Source of the DNA: an uncultured virus (IMG/VR IMGVR_UViG_3300027785_000021)
Lineage: Duplodnaviria > Heunggongvirae > Uroviricota > Caudoviricetes
DNA: 64,000 nucleotides
IMG/VR virus record: IMGVR_UViG_3300027785_000021
Location: 1-64,000 of that record
Direction: 5' to 3' (one strand)
The notes under the pieces were generated by a model, which had not been told where the DNA came from, did no database searches, and saw only the letters and a program-made list of their open reading frames with translations. A program made the position numbers and the translations under genes. Positions 1-12,800 of this stretch are shown in pieces. Position 1 is the stretch's first letter; each line of letters starts with the position of its first letter.

Positions 1-1
1 T

Positions 2-814
2 GACATACAACAAGCTGAAGTAAACGAGTCTTATAAAATAGAACTTCTTTACAAAGAATTAGTAAAAAAAATAGATGAAAAGATAGCAAAACTAGCTGCT
101 ACAACTACTGCAGATACTACAGCTGATATAGAAAGAAAACAAGCTGAGATAGAATCTTTAGAAAAACAAAAACAAGACTTATTAAAAACTCAACCTACTC
201 AATCAACTACTGGAAAAACATATCAAGAATTACTTAATGAGAAGTGGCCAGATACTAGTGGTTATTTATCAACACCATTAGGTGATAATCTATTTAATAA
301 TGCAGAAAGTAAATTTATTGAAGGAAAACATTTGTATGAAATAAGACCTGTTGGTAATGGTAAATTTGAATATAAATTTATAAATAATAAAAATTCTTTT
401 ACTAGAGCAATTCCTTATCCTGATAGATATGTTAAAGTAGTAACTGAGGAGTTAAATCAGCCTAATGGAGATACAATAGTTACTATACAACCTGGAATTT
501 TAAGAAAAGAAGGTAATGGATTTGTAGTTGAAAAAAAAGCAGAGGTATTTTATGCTAATTCAAATACAATAAATAATAAAGTAGGAGCTACAACTGCAAC
601 ATCTACCGGTAAAGTAGACACAACAGAAATTGATGCTAAGATTACTAAAGCTAAAGAAGAACTATCTGCTGCCAGATTAGCTGCAATTAATGAATCATCA
701 GTAAGAGTTGCTCAGGCTATGTCACAAAAAAATAGTAAATTTGTTAGTGAGGAACAAGTATCTGAAGATACAGTCCTTGACCAATTGAGAAAGATAAATT
801 CTTGTTTTAAATAA
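2..814 (+). CDS. C-terminal part of a large putative virion cargo/ejection protein (5'-truncated by the window edge)
   Basis: The frame of track ORF 332..814 is open back to position 2 (DIQQAEVNESY...); coiled-coil/Thr-rich; ends ...KINSCFK; 11 nt upstream of the RNAP gene. Confidence 0.75.
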   Translation, partial: DIQQAEVNESYKIELLYKELVKKIDEKIAKLAATTTADTTADIERKQAEIESLEKQKQDLLKTQPTQSTTGKTYQELLNEKWPDTSGYLSTPLGDNLFNNAESKFIEGKHLYEIRPVGNGKFEYKFINNKNSFTRAIPYPDRYVKVVTEELNQPNGDTIVTIQPGILRKEGNGFVVEKKAEVFYANSNTINNKVGATTATSTGKVDTTEIDAKITKAKEELSAARLAAINESSVRVAQAMSQKNSKFVSEEQVSEDTVLDQLRKINSCFK

Positions 815-825
815 ACTCTTAAGAA

Positions 826-3800
826 ATGGCATGTGCATTAACTACTGAACAATATATACCTGTAGTAGAAAACTTAATTAAGTTAAATCCAGAAATATAT
901 AGAAACTTTGACAATGCTGCAAAGTTTATTCTTGAAGCAGATTTAACAGATGAGCAAAAGAAATTAGCTCTACATAACATGGCTCATATTTACAATGGGC
1001 TTTCTGGTTTAGATGAAACAAAATATACAATTGGCAAGGGTGTTGATATTATCAACCTTGTCACAAAAATTGATGATACTAAGGACTATGTAAAAAATGC
1101 ATTTGTTATTCTTGAAATTAAAAAACCAAGATTGCAAACTTTTGAAGGTGTATCAACTGCAATAGATAAACTTGCAAATCAAAGATTGATTACACCACAG
1201 GATATAATTCCAACTCTTACGTTGCTTAAAAATTATATTAACACTCATAAATTTGAAACTATTGATGACAAGACTGAAGCAATAGATCAAATACGTGGTG
1301 CATTAAAAGATGTTATCACAAACTTATCTAATGTAGACACTGCATATAAACAAGTGTTGTTTAATCAGATAGATAGTTTTATAGACACGTTACAACCAAA
1401 GTCATCTTATATATCAATAAACTCAATAGCTGAAGAAGCAGAGCTTTCTAATGTTCTTGTGACATTTAGCGATGGGCGTATGATTGAAGTTTTAGGAGTT
1501 GATGGTGTTTTGTTTCAAGTTGAAGATGATAGTTCAGTTGTTGAACTAGATATGACAGATGTCATTAACAAAAAAGATGCACGTCCTGCAGATTTTTCAG
1601 ACTCAAATGATGGTAAGCAAGTTTTCAAAGAAGATTTTCTTTTATCAGGATTATCTATAAGTGCAATTGATCCAGCTGAACAAGAAGTTGTTACTACTGA
1701 ATTAAATAAAATGGCGTCACCTTCTTCAGGTGTAAAGATAACTGCTGTAAGATTAAGTGAACTTGGTGATATGCGTGTTGCTCGTATGAAAGAAGTAGCA
1801 AATGATGATCCTCAGAAAGCTGGATTAATAAATAGAAATCATGAAACATTTGAGAACTCAACTCAGGTTGCACAACTTGAGTCTGATCCAAATGCAAAAG
1901 TATTAACTGTGTCACGTCCAAAAGCTAGTGAGCAGGACTTTGCATTAGTTGGAGAGATACTTTCTACTGGTTCAAAGTTTCATATTTATTCAATGGACAA
2001 CTTTGTATTTGTCTCAGCAGATAATACAACAGAAAGACTTGACATGTCCAACCCAGGACATTTAGAACTTTTAAAAGCATTGTCTTTAAAAAGAACTGGA
2101 GCTGTTACTGAAAACATGCAAGAATCAGATATTACATCTCTTGTTGCTTCTCAGAAATTGTTTCAAGAATTTAAAGATAAGATTTCATATAAAATAAAAA
2201 ATGCATTTGCTTCAGGTACATCAGTAGAAGTTACTGATGAATTTATGCAGATGTATGATTTTACAAATTCAAGATCAACAACTCCTGTAAAAACATCACT
2301 TAAGGAAATAATAGAAAAAAATCCTCAAATGAGTAAGGTTGTTACAGTTGTAACTTTAAATTCAAATGGTGAAATAACCATAGAAGAAGAACGCAAATTA
2401 CCATTTTACTATACAAAGGTTGTTGATTATAAAATGAAATCAATAATCTACAAACAAGTAAAGTTATTATCTGGTAATGAGCGTATTCAGGTAAAAACTC
2501 CTGATGGAAAGGCTGTGTATTTAACTGAGATAGAGTATTCAAATCAAATGAATCTTGAGCCACAGATTAGAGAAATGTTTAAGGCTGAAGATGAACGTTT
2601 GCTTAGTCTTATAAATAATGGACAAGATACGTATAAAGCAAACAAAACTCCAAACTTTGTTATCAAGTTTAGAGCAGATGGTACAATAACGTATGCAATA
2701 GCTCAATCTGTATGGCAATTAGAAAATCCAGAATTCTTTGCAAAGTTTATTACAATTGTATCTGATGTTATTAGTAATCAGTCTACTGGTAAGACAAAGG
2801 GTAAGGCTGTTGAACAAATGGATCGCAACACGTATCAATTCCAACCTATAGCAGTAAAAGGTGGCAAAGGTATGGCGTTAAGTATTGGATTTGCAGTATC
2901 TGCTCCAATGACTGTTAAAGGCTCACCATTAAAACAAAGTCAATTACAAATTGAAATACGTCCATTTAGTAAAGGTGCAGCAAGAGAAAAGTATCAAAAA
3001 ATTATTGTAGATTCTGGTACAAAGGCTGCATATAACATTGTGCTTCCAGAAGCTGAAATCAACAAGTTAGCTAAAGCACTAAAAGAAGGTGCAACTGTAC
3101 AGCGTGTAAAGATGGAAGTTCCATCATTGGCTAGTTTAGATTTAAACAATCCAGAACAACTTCTTGAGTTTTATACTGCTGTTTATGATTTGGCACAATT
3201 GCCTACAACACCTGACAGTGTAAAAGAATTAGCTAAAAACGTAGTAGATGCTCAGAACAACTTTACAACTCTTGTAATGGATACTGTGACAAAACGTTTT
3301 AAAGAAAATCCAACAAATGAACAAACTGGAAAGGGTGTTTTTGATGAATTTCTTGAAGCATTGAAAGAAGACTTTGCAGAAAACTTTACAGTAGATAACT
3401 TATTTGCATATGAAAATGCTGAAGGTAGACAAATACTAAATATTGTATCTCCAGATAATGCAGGTGATCCATATAACGCTCGCTCAACTTACAACAAATC
3501 TTTAAAAAATGTAAAGATACTTGAGTCATCAGGTAGACGTTCTTTTAAACTTGTTGCAAAGTCTGCAGTAAATGTTGCAAAAGCTGATGAAGCTACTGAG
3601 AACATGGATCATACTCAAGCAGAAAAGGATATTATAAATGAAGTAGCAGAAAAGGAAAATGCTCCAGTAAAAATTACACCAGAGAATCCAACTGATGCTC
3701 CACTTCCATTAAGTGATACAGGTAAAGAAGATGTAACAAAACAAGATAATACTGATGAAGCAGAAAGTGAGGATGATGATGTTATTGATATACCACCATT

Positions 3801-6800
3801 TTCTATTACTCTTGATTCAGATTTTGAAGTAGCAACAAAAGAAGATATAGCATCTGAAGCAGAGTGGTTGGCAGAAAACTTACCTCAGTTTGGCATTGAT
3901 GCAACTTCAATGCGTGACATAATTAATCTTGCACGTATTGATGGCACAGTACTAGGTATGTTTAAGGACAAAGTAATATATCTTAATGATGTTGTTACAG
4001 CAAAAGGAACTGTTTTTCATGAGGCATTCCACGGTGTGTTTAGATATCTTCTTTCTGAGAATGAGCGTAAAGCTTTGATCAAACAGGTAATGGATGATCC
4101 AAAACATTCTGCTAAGTTTTCAGCAGAAAATGTTAAGGAGTTTGCAAGAGTTAGAAACATGTCTGTTACAAATTACGACACGCTTGTAGAACTTATTGCT
4201 GAAGAGATACTTGCAGATGGTTTTCAAAACTACATGGGCAAAGAAAGAAAGACAGCTCCTAAAACAGCAATGCAGAAATTCTTTGACATGTTGAAAAAAT
4301 TAATTAACTTCTTTGTCAGAAATAAGAATGAAATTGATTATGTGTATGGTCGCGTAAAACGTGGATACTACAAAACAGCATCAATCAAGTCAAACATATA
4401 CAATGGGCAAGTTGCGTATGAGCTTATACCAGGACTTAAACAATTCTATTTGAATGAGGAAGGTAATGTTGCAAGAGCAAAGTCTGTACTATCACCAGGA
4501 GAACAGGATCAGTTGATTAATATGGTGGTTGGTGTAATGTTTCAGGATAATGTTCAATCAGACACATTTGATATAAGATTCCAACGTGCTGTTGACAAAG
4601 TGCTAAATGAAGTATACAGCATGGAAAAACTTGTTGCTCAAAATCCTGAAAAGCGTGATTTAATAGAACAAAAGTATAGTCAAATAATATCTACTTACAG
4701 GTTTATACTTGGAGGTAGAATGAAAGGTTTAAATGTAAATGATATCAATCTTACAGGTGACATTAAATTTGATAATAAATCAGAAAAGAATGGTGAAAGT
4801 CTTATCAATGGTGAAACCATAGACAATACAATGGGTCAATATTCATTTGAAGTTTTGTCTAGACTTACCAAAGATAAATATGATAAAGCAAACTCTGTTA
4901 AAATACAACGCGATAATGATGAGTTTACACTTGACACTGATGAAATAGAAAATACATTTACTGGTGAAAATGCAAATGAAGTACAAGATGACGAAAGAGT
5001 TTCTGCAAAAGAAGAAGTTGAGAACAATGATTTTGATTCAGGAATGGGTGAGCAAAACAGAATGGATTCATATGTTTCTCAAATAAGAAGATTCTTTTCA
5101 ACATTAAGAAGTGATGAGTTTGATGCTGAAACAGGTGTCAACTTTCCACGTATGATTGATGGTCAAGTTTTATTTCCAACATTACTAAAAATTACAGCAA
5201 GCGTACAGCCAAAAAATATCATTGATACGATTGGTATTATGTCTGAGCAGATGATTAAAGATGGATTTGAAGCAGTAGGTAAAGATTTAAAAATAATTTA
5301 TGATGAGATTCAGACAAGAACAAAAGCTGATTCTCAAGGTGTTGCACAAACAAACAAGCAACTTTTAAATTTGATTACTGAAGTGCTACATGGCGTAGAA
5401 CTAAACTATGTAATGTTTAATGTAGCATCACCTAAGAAAGTTGTAATAGATGAAGTGCAAGGTGGTAATATTGAAAGTGCACTTCAAGAAAAAGATGTTA
5501 CATTTAGGATGTTTGATAAAGTTATGGATGCTGACATTACAAAAAAACGTAATGACATAGTAGCTAACTTCATTAAAAAACATTCTACTGAAGCATCAAC
5601 TCAGGAGTTTAAAGATGCAGTACAATTCTTAAAAACTTTTGGTACTACATTCATGAGTACTCCAGATATATTGTCAAGTCAATTTGGTCAAACACTCAAG
5701 TTAGAGCAATTGACAAATCAAGTTCACAATGCGTTGACAACAATTGGAATGACTGTTCCTAGATCATTAGTTGAGCTTTCCATTTTGGCAATGAATGCTG
5801 AAGAAAACAAAGTAACAAATGATGTAGATTTAAAAATACAAAAGTTTTATGATATAAACGAAAGCTTTGTAAAACAGCAACAGTATCTTGAGAAAGATTT
5901 TTTCAGAAGTTTAGTAGCTATACTTGATTCTGCATACTTGGAATCAGGAGCACCAAACTCACGTATTAGAAATATACTGGACGATGACAAAACAAAAAAT
6001 AAAGATGCAAAACGTTTGCTTGTTATTTTGAAAAAAGCATCTGCGTATGCTGTTAAATATGATCCAACAGATATTCCTAGTGTAATTAAGAATGCAGAAG
6101 GAAAATCAATATTTCGTTTTGCAAAATACAATCCATTAATCATGCTTGGTCAGCGTTTGCAAACAATGACTTTAGAAGAAGCACTAGCAGATGATCCTTA
6201 CTATGAGAACACGCTTAGAACATTTTTGGAAGATAATGTTTTACTTGGTGGCTTACTAAAAGGCGAAGTCAACAAGGACACAGAAAAAATAAACTTATTT
6301 TTGCAAAACTTTACAGTTGCAATGTTTGGTGGTGTTCAACAACGTATTGGGGATGTAGCTAAAAAAGGACAAACGTTTAAATCAGTAGATGAAAGATCAT
6401 TGCACATGTTGCAGATTCTTGCTTTCATGGATAGAAAAACAACTGCTAATAAAGCTGGTACAGAAGTAACAACTTACTTTAGATCTTTTCATCAATTAGA
6501 AGCAACATCTACAAACTTTTTGATATCTGCATTATATGAACCTTTTACATCAAAAGATAAAAAGGAAACAAATGATAGAGGTCAAATACTATATCAAGGT
6601 AAACATTTAAAAATTGTAGAAGATCTTGTTGGTATTGTTGGTCAGGAGTATAACAGAATGTCACGTGAATGGGCACGCAGACTTGATCTAAAACGTGATT
6701 ATGAAAGTGGTAAAAGTAATGAACTTGTAAATAAATATAATGCTGTACTAGAAGACGATGGTGTTACTATTAATGTAGACAGCAAAGACTTGAGAGCATA

Positions 6801-9800
6801 CAAATTTAATATTCTAAGTGACTTTTTTGAGAATGATGAAAATGCTTCATTAAATGAAGATTTAATTGATCTTGCAAAAAATCAAGTACCATTTAATGAA
6901 ATAGATCCTAAAGATTTACTTGAGGCACTTGATGAATATGCAAGGAAAGAATTTCAAGCATATCTTGATACTCTTGAAAAACTTGGTGCAATTACAAAAG
7001 TTTCGATACCTGTTGGTAAAGAAATAGTTGATCCAAGACCAGGCGCAAAAGTTAAGTTTCCTACTCAATATTACACTTCAGATATGCTACCAAAGACTAT
7101 TAGTCAAGGTTATGCAGCTTCTGACAAAACAAAAATCAGTGACGCATACAATCAACCATATGGTGCAAAAGCAGATAGTGCATTAGATCCAATAGAGAAT
7201 TTACTTTTTGATATGTTCATGGGTAATTGGAGAAACAGTTTGCACTTAAATCAGTTGATGGATGGTGACATGGCTTTGAATGTTAAGAATGCTCAGGACT
7301 ATGTAAAACGTTTGAAAAAGATTGTTGCATCTGGTTCCAACATGAAAGATGGAACACATAGAGTTGCATACATGAATACAATTACTGGATTTATACATGA
7401 GCAAATGCCACAGTATGGTCCTTATTATTCTAGTGGAGAAATCATTTCTGATTTTACTATTCCTAGTGAATTAGTACGTGAGCAACTTCTTGAAGGTTAT
7501 GAGAAAGCAATTGATGGTGTAAAAGAAAGTATCAATGGTAGCACTGTCAAATGGGCTGACATGATGCGTGAGGTGTTTGATGGTCAAAGTATTTCAACAT
7601 TAATGCATCAAATGGATATGCATGATACTCTAGGAAGACTAGATGAACGTGGCATGTATATTTTAATTGCTAAACATTATAGAGCATTGACAGAGCAAGA
7701 GACAAAATATCTTGAGTCAATGAAGATTGTGAACAATGCTAAGAAGACAATTACAGCAGATAGAAACATTTATCACAAATTATCTGAAGGATACATTGAT
7801 AGAACAGATGTAAGTACTCTTATAATTAAACCAAATACAGATGAATCTGTAGCTGATGCAACTGCACGAGTATATGATGAACTTCATGGATTATACATGC
7901 AAGCATATGACTTACGTAAAGATCGTGAGCTAGCTTCAACAGAAGCTGATACAATTAATGAAACAGCAAGAATAAATACTGAAATTGAAAATGTTTACAA
8001 ATCAATTCATGAATATTATGAACCAATGCCTCATCGTAAAATACTACATGACATTTTAAGTTCAATGGAAATATTTCAAATTGATCAGTTGATGGATACC
8101 ACATCTTCTAAAAATGCTACACTGTTACCACTTGATGTAATGAAAGCAGAAAGAACAGAAAGTGGATACATTAATTTTAGAATGGCAGCATTGGATGTTC
8201 CTAATAGTGCTAAATATCTACAGGTAGAAACAAGTGGAGTCAAAGACAAAGCAAAACATTCTGTACAAGCTAAGATGTTGTTACCAGCAAATATTGCTGA
8301 AGATCAATTTAGAGAGGTTATAGAAATAGAAGCTAGAAAAGCTGGAGATATTTTGACTGAAGATGATATTCTTTCAATAGAAAATGTAAAACGTTCTCTT
8401 AATGACTATCAACTTTCATTGCGTAAATCTACAAAAGCTAGATTATTATACTTTACTGAAGTTCTCAGAAAAGGTGATGACTTTGAGCTGGGTAAAATAT
8501 TTACAATGATACGTGAAAGCCTTCAGTTGCAGAGTGCTCCTAAAAATATCCTGGACATGTTTGCTGTTAAACCAGATGGCAAACCAGTATTCAGCCCTAA
8601 TTTGAGTTTGATAAGAACTACACTTGAGTATTATATGATTGCTCAGTACAGTAAAAATGTGACTGATGAGAAAGTATCTGGATTTAAAAACTTCCATGAA
8701 AGTTCATTTGGTTACAATGTACTAGTTGACCCTGCCACAAATCAGGTTATTACAACAGAAGAGTATGCTGCTAATCCAGAAGCTTTTAAAGATAGAAAGT
8801 TACGTTCAAGGCCTTTGGGTGTTAGTATTGAAACACAAGCAGATGGTAGTAAGATTTATTTTGTTGAAGCTATAATGCCAAAACCATTCTTTGAAAATCA
8901 ACAACAAGAAGCATTCTATAAACAAAATCTAACCAAAATGTTTGCTACTCGTATACCTACTGAGGACAAGCGTTCTATGATAGTAATTAAAGTTGTTGAT
9001 TATGTTGATTCATCTAAAATGAATAACATTATTGTGCCACATTTTGTGCATCTATTATCAGGTTCTGACTTTGATATTGACTCCTTGTTTGGAAGAATGA
9101 TGTCATATTACAAAAATGGAAAAGGTAACTATAACTTGTATGGAGATTATAGTCAATATAAAGACATAGATACAGGTCAGTTTATTGAGTTTATGCATTA
9201 CATGTCAAAACATGAAGACATTGGTCCTTTGATTAAACAACGCAAAAAAGAACTAATAGAGCAAGGCACAATTGAAATGCCAATGGGTGGTGCGCTGTTT
9301 GAAATTATTGAAAATCTAGGATTTACAATTGAAGATTTGACAGAACATTTTGACCAGAAAATTGTAAAGTCAAAATACACAGACCAAAAAGATTTTACAA
9401 GTTACATGTTTGAGTTGACTAAAGAATCAAAAGATTTTTATGTCAATGCAAAAGAATTAGCTGAACAAAATCCAGAAAATAGAGAGCTTGCAAAAACAAG
9501 AAATGCGTATGGTAGAGAACTTGGTGATTTAAAAGCAATTAGAAAACAATCTGTTGACGAGCAAAGAGTCTTAAAAGAAAAAATGCGATACATTGATACA
9601 ATGTTTGAGTATCAGTCAATTATGGATGTGCTTGCTAAGTTTAATATGCCAAGTAATGTTTCTCAATTCAATGCAAGACCTGCTTTCTCAGAAATGGTAT
9701 CACCTAAATTTCAGAATCAAAATCTTGCTGCAAGTATAAAGATTCTTGGTAATGAAGCTGTGTTTAAGTATTTGTACATAAACCAACGCTCATCTACTCA

Positions 9801-12800
9801 AGAGTTTAAAGATATACTTGAAAGATTTGGTATTGATTTAAAAACAATATCTAAAAAATCTAACTTGTTTACTCCTACCAGCATGATTGAGTCAAAGGTA
9901 GAAAACAACATGAATAAGGATGGTATTGGACGTACTGCTGTAATGAATAAGTTTTTATCTCTAGCAAGTCAATATAATTTAAAACTTTCTGACAAAGGGA
10001 TAGTTTGGGCATATCAAAAACTAGACAAAAGCATTGTTCTTAAAGATACGTTTGGCCAGCTTAATGAAAATGAAGACAGAGTTATTGCAATCATTGGTAA
10101 CATACTTGGTATGTTTGCAGATGGTGCTAAGGACCCAATACCATCAGCTCTTCAAATGAATGAGATAAATGCTAGTACAACACTAGCAATGATAGGTGTA
10201 GGGTTAGATCCAGACTTTGCAGTAGCCTTTAACTTCTTACCTGAAGTGCGTAAAGCTGCATTAGCAGTTCAGCAATCTCAATTTGCATTATCAGAAGACT
10301 TAGAACAAGATTATTTATTTTATAATCAGGCTATTAAAAATCAACTTTCAGATTTAATTGAAGAAAATGAAGATGCATTTAATAAATTAAAGTCTGCAGG
10401 ATTCTTTACAAGCAAGTCATTTAAAGATTTTGCTGTTATGGATGACCCATTGGCAGTGCGAATTGGATTTGAAGCACAAAAATTAAATATTTACGCTCTC
10501 AAGAATAATGAACTTACGCCATCATCAATTGGTTTTGAAATGGTTTATGACAAAACTAATGAGATGCTTACTGAGGCTGAGATGAAAATGGTTCTTCTTA
10601 CATTCTATGCAAAACAAGCACAACAAACATGGGCTATTAATAGAGCTGCTAGTATAACAAATTTATTCAAGCGTTTGAATCCAAGTCTTGTAGCATTTGA
10701 CAAAATGCGTGATAATATAACTGAGCTTATTGAAGATGAAAAACTCTTTACGAAAGAGTCAGCTGCTAAGTTGTTTGAAGATGATCAAGTATGGTCTATT
10801 TTAAAAGATGCACTTGACGATGCCAATGAGCAATTTTCAAAAATATTCTTAGAAAGAACACCTTTCTTTAAACCAATTACTAATGCATTTAAAGGATATT
10901 TTGAAGATCCAAAAACTGTTGCAAATACTTTGACAAGTTTCTTGTCACTTAACAAGTTCAAGATGACGTTTCCTGCGTCAAGAACTTCTGATAATGAATA
11001 TGTACAGTCAATATATGATAAGGATGATGAAATGATTTTAAAAACATTCTCACCTGAGTATTGGTTTACAAATGACCTATTTGCACAAGTAGAAAAATTC
11101 AGAGAAAAGTATCCTAAGAATGAGTTTCTAAAATTATTACGTTCTGCAGATTCAAAAAATACAGCAACAGTAATTTATAATGGTAAATCTTATCAAGGTA
11201 TCAATGAAAGATTCATATCTATGATAAGTAAAGCTAAAGTAAAAGGTGACTATGCAGGAAAGGTAGCTGATGCTATTGCTCAGTTGTATAACAGTGGCAT
11301 GGTAGAAGAACGACAGTTTATTAAAAACTTATTTTATCATGATGTGGTAAGAACAGGTCTTCAACATAAAGAAGGTTCTTTCATAGGACTTATGCCAGCA
11401 GAGTTATTGATTCCATTGTCTGGTTATATTCAGGAATTCATAGATGGTATTCAAAATGTAACCACTAGTCCAAATTTTGAAGAAGCTTTTGAGAACTTTA
11501 TTAAAGCATACACTGGTGAGACAACAGATACTGGTGTAGTAACATTCTTTGATGAGATGTTTACTCAACTTGCATATGCTGCGTCTTCAGAAAATAACAA
11601 TCAAAAGATACCTAAGTTTAAAAACAAAGGTAAGGATGGTAAAATGAACACGCGTTCTGTAGTATTTTCAGTAAACTTTAAAAAACCACAGTTCTCAAAA
11701 CCATTGGTAAAAGCGTTTTTAGATCAATCTGTAACTCCTGATTCAGAAAGTTTGACAACTGCCAAAGTGAAAGCAATAAACTTTACACTTGACGCATTAG
11801 ATTTGCAACTTCCAGAAAGTATTGATTTGGCAAAAACTGATGTTATAAACATTGCAGATGCGCTTACTGACGAGTTTACAATAAGATTGTCAAATAAGAA
11901 TGAAAAAGCAAATGTGACATTAGGTAAAATGTTTGGTGTTGTAAAAGATATGAGTGAACCTGATTCATCTGAGTATGTATTCCCAAGTATACTAAGAATT
12001 GGTATAAAAACATTTGTTCTACAAGGAGTTGATGGTAACGCTGCTGGTGGAAAATCAATTGGCTCAAATCTTTATGATTCTATTGTTGGCAAAACAACAT
12101 TGACAAACGTTGGGACTTACGCTAAGTATTCAGTGATACCTGATCAATATGCGTCAGAAGCTCTTAGTCCAATAGCATTTACAACAGAAAATGCAAATGC
12201 ATACAAACGTTACATTGATAAGAAAGAAGCAATTGTATTTAACACTAACATTATTGATACTGCTAAGAAAGATGAAAAAATTAGTACAACAGTAAATGAA
12301 AATGTTAAAATACCTGACGATTTAAAAGACCCTACTGAAAATGTAATTATAGAACAAGATCCTTCTAAAGACCAATTAGAAAAAAATGCAGGTGATATAG
12401 TAGATGGAATATCTTCTGAGAAAGGTGCTTCAAAATCTCAGATTGAATTTGGCAATGATCTTTTAGATCAGCTACTTAAAAATGTAATGGGCGAAGGTAC
12501 ATCAAATGTTTCTGAGGTTCCAAAGTTACAACGAGGTAGGTATGTAAAATATAATGGTGAAACTTATATTGTCACTAAGCAAAATGAAGATGGGACATGG
12601 CAAATATATAATCCACTACTTGAAGGTGCTAAAGCTAAAATATCAGTAGCAGAAACAAATATGAAGACTCTTGAAATGATTGCAAAAATTATTGAGTATA
12701 AAGATTCTGAATATATAGTAACATCTAAAAATACTATCATATCTTTGACAACTAATAAAAAGATGATGTGGGGTGAGAATGATGGAAACAGAAAGGCAAT